Numbered from the stretch's first letter, positions 12,730-28,154 are shown. The stretch is DNA of 64,000 nucleotides from the human T2T-CHM13v2.0 reference genome, Homo sapiens (GCF_009914755.1 NC_060925.1), one strand, 5' to 3'. The notes: generated by a model not told the origin, from the sequence alone. Numbers and translations are program-made.

Positions 12730-14491
12730 CCCAGGATGTAGAGCTGGCAGTGCCTGACGGCGCGTCTGACGCGGAGTTGGGTGGGGTAGAGAGTAGGGGG
12801 CGGTAGTCGGGGGTGGTGGGAGAAGGAGGAGGCGGCAAATCACTTATAAATGGCGCGGAAGCAGGACCCGAAGCCTAAATTCCAGGAGGGTGAGCGAGTG
12901 CTGTGCTTTCATGGGCCTCTTCTTTATGAAGCAAAGTGTGTAAAGGTTGCCATAAAGGACAAACAAGTGAAATACTTCATACATTACAGTGGTTGGAATA
13001 AAAATTGGGATGAGTGGGTTCCGGAGAGCAGAGTACTCAAATACGTGGACACCAATTTGCAGAAACAGCGAGAACTTCAAAAAGCCAATCAGGAGCAGTA
13101 TGCAGAGGGGAAGATGAGAGGGGCTGCCCCAGGAAAGAAGACATCTGGTCTGCAACAGAAAAATGTTGAAGTGAAAACGAAAAAGAACAAACAGAAAACA
13201 CCTGGAAATGGAGATGGTGGCAGTACCAGTGAGACCCCTCAGCCTCCTTGGAAGAAAAGGGCCCGGGTAGATCCTACTGTTGAAAATGAGGAAACATTCA
13301 TGAACAGAGTTGAAGTTAAAGTAAAGATTCCTGAATAGCTAAAACCGTGGCTTGTTGATGACTGGGACTTAATTACCAGGCAAAAACAGCTCTTTTATCT
13401 TCCTGCCAAGAAGAATGTGGATTCCATTCTTGAGGATTATGCAAATTACAAGAAATCTCGTGGAAACACAGATAATAAGGAGTATGCGGTTAATGAAGTT
13501 GTGGCAGGGATAAAAGAATACTTCAACGTAATGTTGGGTACCCAGCTACTCTATAAATTTGAGAGACCACAGTATGCCGAAATTCTTGCAGATCATCCCG
13601 ATGCACCCATGTCCCAGGTGTATGGAGCGCCACATCTCCTGAGATTATTTGTACGAATTGGAGCAATGTTGGCCTATACACCTCTGGATGAGAAGAGCCT
13701 TGCTTTATTACTCAATTATCTTCACGATTTCCTAAAGTACCTGGCAAAGAATTCTGCAACTTTGTTTAGTGCCAGCGATTATGAAGTGGCTCCTCCTGAG
13801 TACCATCGGAAAGCTGTGTGAGAGGCACTCTCACTCACTTATGTTTGGATCTCCGTAAACACATTTTTGTTCTTAGTCTATCTCTTGTACAAACAATGTG
13901 CTTTGAAGATGTTAGTGTATAACAATTGATGTTTGTTTTCTGTTTGATTTTAAACAGAGAAAATAAAAGGGGTAATAGCTCCTTTTTTCTTTTCTTTTTT
14001 TTTTTCATTTCAAAGTTGCTGCCAGTGTTTTCAATGATGGACAACAGAGGGATATGCTGTAGAGTGTTTTATTGCCTAGTTGACAAAGCTGCTTTTGAAT
14101 GCTGGTGGTTCTATTCCTTTGACACTATGCACTTTTATAATACATGTTAATGCTATATGACAAAATGCTCTGATTCCTAGTGCCAAAGGTTCAATTCAGT
14201 GTATATAACTGAACACACTCATCCATTTGTGCTTTTTTTTTTTTTTTTATGGTGCTTAAAGTAAAGAGCCCATCCTTTGCAAGGCATCCATGTTGTTACT
14301 TAGGCATTTTATCTTGGCTCAAATTGTTGAAGAATGGTGGCTTGTTTCATGGTTTTTGTATTTGTGTCTAATGCACGTTTTAACATGATAGATGCAATGC
14401 ACTGTGTAGCTAGTTTTCTGGAAAAGTCAATCTTTTAGGAATTGTTTTTCAGATCTTCAATAAATTTTTTCTTTAAATTTCAAAGAAAAAA
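12730..14491 (+). pseudogene. MORF4L1P1: Processed pseudogene of MORF4L1 (MRG15), 323-codon short isoform with one nonsense codon
   Basis: Intronless. ATG 12850 to TGA 13821 in one frame, with TAG at 13336-13338 (codon 163). Chromodomain (FQEGERVLCFHGPLLYEAKC...) and MRG domain (...[13 protein letters not shown]). AATAAA 14459-14464 and an A tail. 15-bp TSD AAAAGAAAACCAGAA at 12715-12729 and 14492-14506, after a TT|AAAA site. Confidence 0.96.
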
Positions 14492-16376
14492 AAAAGAAAA
14501 CCAGAAAACAACAACAACAACATGAACAAAAAAGACCCCACAAAAACCTCATTCAGAGGTCAGCAACCTCAAAGACTGAAGATAGATAGCCCCCAAAGAT
14601 GAGAAAGAATCAATACAAAAGCACTGAAAACTCAAAAAGTCAGAGTTCCTCTTCTCTAAATGACTGCAACACCCCTCCAGCAAGGGCACAGAACCAGGCT
14701 GAGGTGGAGATGGCTGAATTGACAGAAGTCGGCTTCAGAAGGTGGATAACAACAAACTTTGGTGAGCTAAAGGAGCATGTTGTAACCCAATGCAAAGAAG
14801 CTAAGAATCATGATCAAACAATACAGGAGCTGATAGCCACAACAGCCAGTTTAGAGAGGAAGGTAACTGACCTGATGGAGCTGAAAAATACAACATGAGA
14901 AGATCACAATACAATCACAAGTATCAATAGCAGAACAGACCAAGTGGAGGAAAGAATCTCAGACCTTGAAGACTATCTTTCTGAAATAAGACAGTCAGAC
15001 AAGAATAGAGGGAAAGAAAATGAAAAGGAATGAACAAAACCTCTGGAAAATATGAGATCACATAAAGAGACCAAATCTATGACTGATTGGGGTACCTGAA
15101 AGAGATGGAGAGAACAGAACCAAGTTGGAAAACAGTTCAGGATATCATCCAGGAGAACTTCCCCAATCTAGCAAGACAGGCCAACATTCAAACTCAGGAA
15201 ATGCAAAGAGCCTCAGGAAGATACTCCTCAAGAAGATCAACCCCAAGACACATAATCATCAGATTCTCCAAGGTCAAAATGAAAGAAAAAATGTTAAGGA
15301 CAGCCAGAGAGAAAGGCCAGGTCACCTACAAAAGGAAACCCATTAGACTAACAGCAAATCTCTCAACTGGGGGTCAATGTTCAACATTCTTAAAGAAAAG
15401 AATTTCCAGGCCAGAATTTCATACCTGGCTAAGCTAAGCTTCATAGATGAAGGAGAAATAAGATCCTTTTCCGATAGGCAAATGCTGAAGAAATTTGTTA
15501 CCACCAGGCCTGCCTTGCAAGAGCTCCTGACGGAAGCACTAAATATGAAAATAAAAAACCATTACCAACAACTACGAAAACACAGTGAAGTACACAGACC
15601 AGTAATACTATGAAGCAACCATATAAACAAGTCTGCAAAATAACCAGCTAGCATCATGATGACAGGATCAAATCCACACATAACAATACTAACCTTAAAT
15701 GTAAATGGGCTAAATGCCCCAATTAAAAGACATAGAATGTCAAGCTGGATAAAGACGCAAAACCTTCAAGGACCCACCTCACATGCAAAGACACATAGGC
15801 TCAAAATAAAAGGATGGAGGAAAATTTACCAAGCAAATGGAAAACAGAATAAAAGCAGGGGTTGCAATCCTAGTTTCTGACAAAACAGACTTACAAAACA
15901 GACTTTATGCCAACAAAGATTTAAAAAGACAAAGAAGGGCATTACATAATGGTAAAGGGTTCAATTCAAAAAGAAGAGTTAACTATCTTAAATATATATG
16001 CACCCAATACAGGAGCAGTGAGATTCACAAAGCAAGTGCTTAGAGACCTACAAAGAGACTTAGACTCCCACACAATAATAGTGGGAGATTTTAACACCAA
16101 CTGACAACATTAGATCATGGAGACAGAAAATTAACAAAGATATTCAGGACCTGAACTCAGCTCTAAAACAAGTGGACTTGATAGATATCTACAGAAATCT
16201 CCACCCAAATTCAACTGCATATGCATTTTTCTCACCACCACATGACACTTACTCTAAAATTGATCACATAATCAGAAGTAAAACACTCCTCAGCAAATGC
16301 AAAAGAACTGAAATAACAGTCTCTCAGACCACAGAACAATCGAATTAGAATTCAAGATTAAGAAATTCACTCAAAA

Positions 16377-16704
<328 letters not shown>

Positions 16705-19700
16705 TCAAAACCACACAACCAGAAGCAAATTGAACAACCTGCTCCTGAATGACTTTTGGGTAAACAATGAAATTAAAGCAGACATCAAAAAGATCTTTGA
16801 ATCTAATGAGAACAAAGAGACACTGTACCAGAATCTCTGAGATGCAGCTAAAACAGTGTTAAGAGGGAAACTTACAGCACTAAATGCTCACATCAAAAAG
16901 CTAGAAGGATCTCGACTTAACAACCTAACATCTCAAGTAAAAAGAACTAGAGAACCAAGAGTAAATAAACCCCAAAGCTTGCAGAAGACAAGAAATAACC
17001 AAGATCAGAGCTGAACTGAAGGAGATAGAGGCACAAAAAGCCCTTCAAAAAAAATCAATGCATTCAGGAGCTGGTTTTTTAAAAAAATTAATAAAATAGA
17101 TAGAACTCTAGCTAGACTAATAAAGAAGAAAAGAAAGAAGAATCAAATAAACACAATATGAAATGATAAGGGGAATATCACCACTGACCCCACAGAAATA
17201 CAAACAACCCTCAGAGAATACTATAAACACCTCTGTGTTTATAAACACAGAGAAATAAGGTAGAAAATCTATAAAAAATGGATAAATTCCTAGACACATA
17301 CATCTTCCCAAGACTCAACCAGGAAGAAACTGAATCTCTGAACAGACCAGTAATGAATTCTGAAATTGTAATAAATACCCTACCAACCAAAAAGAAAGCC
17401 CAGGACAAGATGGATTCACAGTGGAATTCTTCCAGAGGTACAAAGAAGAGCTGGTACCATTTCTACTGAAACTATTCCAAAAAATTGAAAAGGAGGGACT
17501 CCTCCCTCATTCTATGAGACCAGCATCATCTTGATACCAAAACCCGGCAGAGATACAACAAAAGAAAAAAACTTCAGGCCAATATTCCTGATGAACATCA
17601 GTGTAAAAATTCTCAATAAAATATTGGCAAATTGAATCCAGCATCACCTCAAAATGCTTATCTACCACAATCAAGGTGGCTTCATCCCCAGGATGCAAGG
17701 TTGGTTCAACATATTCAAATCAATAAATGTGATTTATCACATAAACAGAACTAAAGACAAAAAACCACATGAATACCTCAATAGATGCAGAAAAGGCCTT
17801 TGATAAAATTCAACACCCCTTCATGTTAAAAACTCTCAATAAACTAGGTATTAAAGGAACATACCTCAAAATAGTAAGAGCCTTGTATGACAAACCCACA
17901 GCCAATATCATACTGAATGGGCAAAAGCTGGAAGCATTTCCCTTGAAAACCAGCACAAGACAAGGATGCCCTCTCTCACCACTCTTATTCAACATAGTAT
18001 TGGAAGTTCTGGCTAGGGCAATCAGGCAAGAGAAAGAAATAGAGGGTTCTCAAACAGGAAGAGAGGAGTCAAATTGTCTCTGTTTGCAGAGGATATGATC
18101 CTATATCTAGAAAACCCCATCATCTCAGCCCAAAGACTTCTTAAGCTGATAAGCAACTTCAGCAAAGTCTCAGGATACAAAATCAATGTGCAAAAAATCA
18201 CAAGCATTCCTATACACTACGACAGAAAGGCAGCCAAATTATGAATGAACTCCCATTCATGACTGCTACAAAAAGAATAAAATATCTAGGAACACAGCTA
18301 ACAAAGGAAGTGAAGGACCTCTTCAAGGAGAACTACAAACCATTGCTCAAAATCAGAGAGGACACAAATAAATGGAAAAACATTCCATGCTCATGGATAG
18401 GAAGAATCAATATTGTGAAAATGGTCATACTGCCCAAAGTAATTTATGGATTCAATGCTATTCCCATTAAACTACCACTGACATTCTTCACAGAATTAGA
18501 AAAAAAAATTATTTTAAAATTCATATGGAACCAAATAAGAGCCCAAATAGCCAAGACAATTCTAAGCAAAAAGAACATAGCTGGAGGCATCACACTACCT
18601 TATTTCAAACTATACTGCAAGCTATAGTAACCAAAACAGTATGGTACTGGTAGAAGAACAGACACATACACCAATGGAACAGAACAGAGAACTCAGAAAT
18701 AAGGCCCTTACCTACAATCATGTGATCTTTGACAAATTTGACAAAAACAAGTAATGGGGGAAGGACTCCTTATTTAATAAATTTAATAAATTTAATAAAT
18801 GGGACTACTGCCTAGCCATATGCAGATCATCGAAACTGGACCCCTTCCTTACAACATATACAAAATTTAACCCAAGATGGATTAAAGACTTAAAGGTAAA
18901 ACCCAAAACTATAAAAACCCTAGAAGAAAATCTAGCAATACCATTCAGGACATAGGCATGGGCAAAGATTTCATGATGAAAATGCCAAAAGCAATTGCAA
19001 CAAAAGCAAAAATTGACAAATGTGATCTAATTAAACAAAAGAGCTTCTGCACAGCAAAAGAAACTATTGTCAGAGTGAACTGATAATCTACAGGAGAAAA
19101 TTTTTGCAATCTATCCATCTGACAAAAGTCTAATTATCCAGAGTCTACAAGGAACTTAAACAAATTTACAAGAAAAAACAAGCAACCACATTATAAACTG
19201 GGCAAAGGATATGAACAGACACTTCTCAAAAGAAGACATACATGCAGCCAAAAAACATATTGAAAAAAAGCTCAATATCACTAATCATTACAGAAATGCA
19301 AATCAAAACCACAATGAGATACCATCTTATGCCAGTCAGAATGACTATTGTTAAAAGGTCAAAAAACAACAGATTCTGACAAGGTTGCAGAGAAAAAGGA
19401 ATGCTTTTACACTGTTGGTGGGAGTGTAAATTAGTTCAACCACTGTGGAAGACAGTGTGGTGATTCCTCAAAGACGTAGAGGCAGAAATACCTTTTGGCC
19501 CAGCAATCCCATTACTGGGTATATACCCAAAGGAATATAAATAATTCTTTTATAAAGATACATGCCCACATATGTTCACTGCAGCACTATTCACAATACA
19601 ATAGTAAAGACACAAAATCAACGTAAATGCCCATCAATGATAGACTGGATAAGGAAAAATGTGGTATATATACACCATGGAATACTATGCAGCCATAAAA

Positions 19701-20064
19701 AGAAACAAGATTACGTCCTTTGCAGGGACATGGATGGAGTTGGAGGCCATTATTCTCAGCAAACTAATGCGGGAACAGAAAAACAGACACCACATGTTCT
19801 GACTTATAAGTGGGAGCTGAATGATGAGAACACATGGACACATAGGGGAGGACAAAACACACTGGGGCCTGTTGGGGTGGTGGGGGGAGGGAGAACATCA
19901 GGAAGAATAGCTAATGGATGCTGGGCTTAATACCTGGGTGATGGGGTGATCTGTGCAGCAAACCACCATGGCACACATTTACATATATAACAAACCTGCA
20001 CATCCTACACATGCATCCCTGAACTTAAAAGTTGAAGAAGAAGAAGAAAAAAGTCTTACTAAGG

Positions 20065-20274
20065 CAATACTTCCAATAGAACTTTCTGTAATCATGGAAG
20101 TATTCTGTATCTGTGCTGCTCAATATGGTAGCCACTAGCAACATATGGCTTGAACACTTCAAATGTAGCCACTGTGACTGAGGAACTGAATTTTTTAAAA
20201 TTTAATTACTATTGATTTAAACTTAAATGTAAATAGCCATATGTAGCTAGTGGCTACCATGTTAGACAGCACAG
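20065..20274 (+). mobile_element. MER3-like hAT-Charlie DNA transposon remnant
   Basis: TCCAATAGAACTTTCTG...GGTAGCCACTAG...TAGTGGCTACC...GACAGCACAG internal inverted pattern. Confidence 0.75.
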
Positions 20275-21287
20275 TACTGAGGTTTTAACGTCTGAAAGGT
20301 AGAGTATGAGTAGCCAGGTGGTGGTTTTTATGTCTGATTTTACATACTTTAAAAAAAAGGGGGGGCAATGTGGTAAGTAATGTCTACTCTCTTGACCTGA
20401 TGAGATTCTCTCTTCTGGGGAACTTAAATGTGAGATTTAGACTCACATTGTACAAAGAAAAGTAATCTATGTTCAAGGGACCATTTCTGGTCTCTTTTTT
20501 AAAGGCAAGATATGGTCACAGCAGATACCTAGGAGTTTCAAGAATTCTTCTCTATGAGGAAGGTTCAACAACTTACTCTTCATTCAAGGTCTCAATAGTC
20601 CCAAATTGTATTAAGCATAGTACTCATTCAAAAATACTTGTCATACTTCCAGGACTGTCACTGTGTATACTATAAAATAACCTCTTATGAAAACCATGCT
20701 AAGGAAAAGATAATCTCCTCTTTTGGAATACTGCAATAGCCTCCTAACTGGTCACTCCACTTCCACTTTACCCATCACTCCCATCCATTCTTCTCTTTGC
20801 TGACAAAGAAATGTCTCTAAAATATTTGTCTGGCTATCCTATTTCTCAGCTCAAATTCTAATAGTCTCAAACTCCACTGCCATTGCTATCACCTTAGTTC
20901 TGCCTTTATGGGCTCTAACTTGGACTTCTACAACTATCTATCTAATGGTCACCTGCCTCTAGCTTTGAACTGCCCAATCTATTCTCTTTACAGCTACCAA
21001 ATATATCTGTTTAGAACTCAAATCTTAAAATATTTTTGCTACACTTTTACTTAAAACCATCAATGGCTACCCTCTGCCCATAGCAGAGATTCTTAGTATG
21101 CTGTAAATGGGTTGCAGGTGAGCCAAGATATTGATCCTTTTAGCAGTAAAAGCAGTCAGGTAGGGCCTGGAACTACTGGAACTTATGTCACTTTCCATCA
21201 TAAGCAGCTTTGTCGCGTTTTTAAATAATCTATTTATTATTAATCTAATTGATTGACATTTTGTATTTTGGTTAAAAAAAACACACA

Positions 21288-23060
<1,773 letters not shown>

Positions 23061-24923
23061 ATTTTTCTTATGTACGCTATTATGCCAACAAAAAAAAGAA
23101 AAGACAAGACTGGGAATCACTGAGTCTTACAGGAGAATGACCTTCAAATTTTTTGTTCATATATGCCCCAAAAGAATTTTTTAGTATGTATCTCTTGCAA
23201 AAAATATGTAATTTCTGTTATACTATAAACATGTACATTTAAACATAAAACTATTATTACTTTTTAAAACTTAGTGGATTCTAAACACTATAGGGAAATG
23301 ATACCCACCGACATCCATTAAAAAAAAATGCTGACCTTCTCAACAGTTTTTACAAGTCCTTTATTCTCCTTGAATACTTATTTCTATTCTACTTCCTCCA
23401 CAGAATGCTATTCTAATAAACACAGATTTTTATTATTATCAGTACAAAACTCTCTCTGCAAAAAAGGATATGAATTAAGAAAACATTTTCCTGTGATAAG
23501 ACTCTTAAGTATTAACATTTTTCTTCTTGCTTGAGTTATTACAATTATTTTATGTAAATAAGTGAGGAAAACAACATAAATATATCATAAATCTTGATAA
23601 TTAAACAAAAAGTAAAATTTGGAAAACTAATAATAAAACGAATGGAGGAATTTACAACACTTTGATTAAAGGGGAGGTTTTTTTTACACCTTGAAGCAAC
23701 TTACTATAATAAGACTACAAACGTGTCAGAGATAAAGTGGGAGAAGGCAGGGTGAGAAAGTAGGCACTTTCACAGGTACATGTGGAAAATGATTTACTTA
23801 AAATCATCTGTTCCCAAGCAACCTTTTATAAATTTCCATGATCCCAAGGTACTCTTACTTCAATCTAAAGACCCTGCTACTGAATAAAATCTAAACTCCT
23901 TCACCAACCTCTTCAATTTCACCTCTGAACACATCCCACCCTCCCACCACAATTTACTATTTGCAGCTTTCTGAATCCCATACTGTTTCACATCTGTTGT
24001 CTATTTTCTCTCCATCTGATGGACATCTTTAAACTATTAATGTGTAAATATCACCTCCTATATGAAGACTTTCTGGGTTTCCTGCATAGACTAGACCAAC
24101 ACTCCTTCATTCTCTCCCATCATGTGCCATATCATAGCATAACACCTCTAACAATCGTTTCACATACGTGTCTTCTTTTATTAGCTGAAAATTGCTTGAG
24201 GGACTTATTTTATTTATCTTTAAACTCATTTTGTGCTTAGAACATAGTAGATGCTCAATAAATACTACCTGAATGAAGAAACTGAAGAACACTCAAATCT
24301 CAATTTCCTCACTGGTAAAATTTTATCTGTATGATCCTCTTCCAATTTTAAAGAAACCCAGTAACTCTATATATTTTCTGAAATCTCTATAAATGTTCTA
24401 TTTTCAGATTATTTTCTCTCCTAGTATGATCTCAAACTAGAGAAAATATTTTACTACATATAAAAAATAGAGTATTTTATATCATTTGTGATAGCCCATT
24501 ATGCAAAGTGATTCTATGATTTTAGGTTATCCTAAATAAAGCACATTTTTCTCAGAGATTGCTTAAAAACATGAATTGATTATTTCAACATAATTCCCTA
24601 CATGCTTTATATTCTGGTTGGTAAAAGAGGCAAGAAGGAAAACTATTCCACATTTTTAGTATGTCAATAAGAAATTATTTTACTATTAGGTAAATCAAGA
24701 AATCCACAATATTATAATACCCAAATTATCTCCAACTATTCTGGCTCTCCCTCTCTATTCATGTATTTATTTATTTATATATTTATTTATATTTTTGCCC
24801 AACCCAACTGTAAATTTCAGAAAGTTCTGGTCTAGGCATTGGAAATTATGTCACTATAGGTTAAATGGGGACCCATAAAGTGGGGACCTATACTCCACCC
24901 ATCCCTGCAACTTCAAAGTAATA

Positions 24924-25233
24924 AACCAGGGAGAGTGGCTCATGCCTATAATTCTAGCACTTTGAGAGTCCAGGTGGGAGGATCACTTAAGCCCAGGAGT
25001 TCAAGACCTGCTTGGGCAACACAGCAAGACCCTATCTCAACAAAAACCAAAAAAATTATCTGGGCATGGTGCTGCATACTTGTAGTCCTAGCAACACAGG
25101 AGACTGAGGTGGGAGGATCCCTTGAATCCAGGAGTTTAAGGCTGCAGTGAGCTATGATCATGCCACTGCACTCTGGCCTGGGTGACAGAGTGAGGCCCTG
25201 TCTCTAAAAAACAAAAACAAAACAAACAAAAAA
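24924..25233 (+). mobile_element. Alu (AluJ-like)
   Basis: Diverged Alu dimer with A/C tail. Confidence 0.88.
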
Positions 25234-25490
25234 GCCACAAAGCAGTAAGACCAGACTTCATGTCTTAAGTAGATAGTATTTACTTTATAAAAACAAAATT
25301 TAACAGTTGTCATTAATGTAAACATTGGGAAAGGGTAGGGTTCAGCATCTTTTAAAGCTACAGAGGACAGTCTTCTTTTGTAATTAAATATACAAAGTAA
25401 CATAAAGTCATACTTTGATAATTCAAATATAGAAGAGAGTGGTATCACTATATCTCTAGCAGCTGTCCACAGTAAAATAAAAGTACTTTT

Positions 25491-27240
25491 TTTTCTGTAC
25501 AAATATCTTTATTTTCCTACTTAAAAAGAATCACGTACTCAGTCCAACAGCTTTACCAGGCTTGGCCAACCCAATAAGTTACACACTCACTCAGGTACTT
25601 GGAAGGTTATTGGACAGCTCCTTAACCGATCGAGTCAGCACAAAGTGGTCACTTTCCCCATAGCCAGACTCTGGATTTGCCTCCTGGGAGGACACCATGC
25701 CTGGCACAGACTGATGGGGTGGCTGCAGTCGAACCTTGCCTCCAGATTATGAACCAGTATAAGTAGCACAATTCTCGTGGCTACTTTCACTTCAGAGTGT
25801 CATGTTTATTGATGTGGAGCTTTCTGAGTAGGGAGGTTAAGGCACACCTGCTCAGTAAAACAAATATTTCTTTTAGTGTTCTAGATTGAGGGCAGCAGTC
25901 AATGGTAAAATAAATTTTGGTAGCATGTTCCTGAGAGGTTATACAGCAGCCCTGGCTCAAGGATTTCTCCCCCTGCACGATTCCTAAGAATACTTGCTAG
26001 TTGATTCTTTGTTTTGGCAATTTGATGGTTTTGATGAATTTGCTGTGATCCAGGGGTATTCAAGTACTTCTCTGAGCATTGGCCTCTGGCTGGGAACATG
26101 CTTCAACAGTCTTGAAATGAGGTCCCTGGCTCCCTCTGTTACAAAGTCAGGGAATGTGAATTCTCAACCCGTGATATTCTTTTGTAGGTCTCTTGGTATG
26201 TATTTGCCTCAAAAGGAGGCTTCCCAACTAAAAATTCACAGCAAAGAACTCCAAGGCTCCAGAGATCCACCTTCTCATCATGCATCCGACCTTCAATCAT
26301 TTCGGGGGGCAGGTAGTCCAGGGTGCCACAGAGAGTGGTCCTCCTGGAAGATGGAGCATGTTCTGACCACCCAAAATTTGCAATTTCAAGCTCTCCAGCT
26401 GATCCAAGAAGTAAGTTCTCTGGCTTAATGTCTCTATGAATAACTGTTTTTGAATGACAGTAAGACAGGGCACTTGCCAATTCTGTGATATAAGTAGCAG
26501 TTCTCTGCTCATCAAACTTTGAAAGTTTCTGAAGTTCTGTATTGACTGTTTCAAGTGGTGTATATTCCAGAATTAGGTAGACTCTGGTGGCATCATGGAA
26601 ATAACCATACAGTCTGATTATATTAGGATGTTGGAGGTGGGACTGTATTTCTACTTCTCTTCTGAGTTGATGCTCCACTCCTGCTTTCTCCAGCTGAGCT
26701 TTAAATAACACCCTAAGAGCCAGAATAAACTTGCTTTGTTTTTCTCTTGCCAAATAAACATTACCAAACTTTCCTTTACCCGGAGGGCGACCAATTTCAA
26801 GGTCTTCCAAAGCCCATTGCCTCTTTTTGATTCTTCATTTTTCTGTTTTGATGCCAGTTCCTCCTCAGGATTATTTTCAGGTGCCGACAGCGGGGACTGC
26901 TTGCTGTTTTGGGTGTTATTCAGTGGCCTGGAGGCAGGATGAGGTACACTGGTTGCCTGCAATTGCTTCTGCTTCTGATTCTGAACTGGCTTGTGACTGG
27001 AGACAAGCTTTTGTGCTTGCAAAGGAACACGCTGCGAAGAATTTGAAGGACACAAGACCCACTGAGCCTGGCCACTATTTGCAGGTAATGGATTCTGACA
27101 AGGAAATTGCTGAGTCACGAGAACATGTTCTGGACCTCCAACTGGAGTTTTAGCCTCAACAGGCCCTGAAATGCAGTTTTCTTCAGATTGGTCCGTGATG
27201 CCTATGACCCAAGGACCTGAGTCTTCCAAGAGCTCAGCCC
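25491..27240 (-). pseudogene. AURKAP1: Processed pseudogene of Aurora kinase A
   Basis: Intronless AURKA-like translation in two ORFs (27229-26651 N-terminus, 26810-26139 kinase domain). Start codon is ACG at 27196. Frameshifts near 26820 and 26163, original stop at 25986-25984. AATAAA at 25513-25508 and a short A tail. TSD AATAAAAG(T/C)ACTTTT at 25476-25490 and 27241-27255. Confidence 0.95.
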
Positions 27241-27544
27241 AATAAAAGCACTTTTAAACCAACTGATACACCTCTATAATTCACAAGTAATTGAGGTGTT
27301 TTATGTTTTTACATATCCTCTAGAGATGAGCTAGGTTAAGAAATTACAACTATATCAGCTAAAAAAATTTAAGATGATCTCATGATTTCTGCTTCCCAAT
27401 AAACATTTATAACATTAATAAATAAAGTGAAGAAAAGCAAAGGCAAATACCATCAGCAGTTTAAGTCAGGTCCTATTTACCTGCTCTGCTAATGTCATTT
27501 TTTCTCTGTAAAATTTCACTGTACAAAAGTTTACGTTCAAAACT

Positions 27545-27896
27545 CTTTATATTACGGCTTGGCCTAGACTATCTTAAAAGTGCTCAGAACACTTACATTA
27601 GCCTATAGTTGGGCAAAATCTTCTAACACAAAGTCTATTTTATCATGAAGGGTTGAAAATATCTCATGTAATTTCTTGAATACAGTACTTCTTGAATACC
27701 GTAGAGTACAGTCTCTCATATTTGCTGCTGCTACCCACCATCACAAAAGAGTATCTTACCCATTGTATCACTAGCTCTGGAAAAGATCAAAGTGCAAAAT
27801 TTGAAGTATGGTTTCTACAAAGTACACATTGCTTTCACATTACTGTAAAGCTAAAAAATTGGAAGCCAAACCATCATAAGTCTGAGATCATCTGTA
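27545..27896 (+). mobile_element. MER47-like Tigger DNA transposon remnant
   Basis: GTGCTCAGAACACTTACATTAGCCTA...AAAATTTGAAGTATGGTTTCTAC...CATCTG followed by TA. Confidence 0.65.
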
Positions 27897-28154
27897 CAGG
27901 TTTTACAAAGGGGCTCACTGGTGAAGAGGTCCATTCTGTTCATTTTCTACATGAACTGATCATAGCCACAATAATATCAACATACATAAACTCAAGAATT
28001 TGATTTAGAAGAGAAATACATTAAACCATATTTATAAATCTATAGGTATAGTGCAAATTAATCTAGATGTTTGGGGTGTATTTATATCCCCAACTGCCTA
28101 TGTAACTTGGACAAGTATTCAATCTGTATGTACCTGAGTTTTAGCACCTATAAC

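Noticed and set aside
27031-27056. Acceptor-like TGTGTCCTTCAAATTCTTCGCAG in AURKAP1 giving a RAB3GAP2 exon 1-kinase fusion
   Set aside because: A phase-1 join enters the kinase-domain frame but hits TAA (GCC ACT GAA TAA) before reaching the domain.
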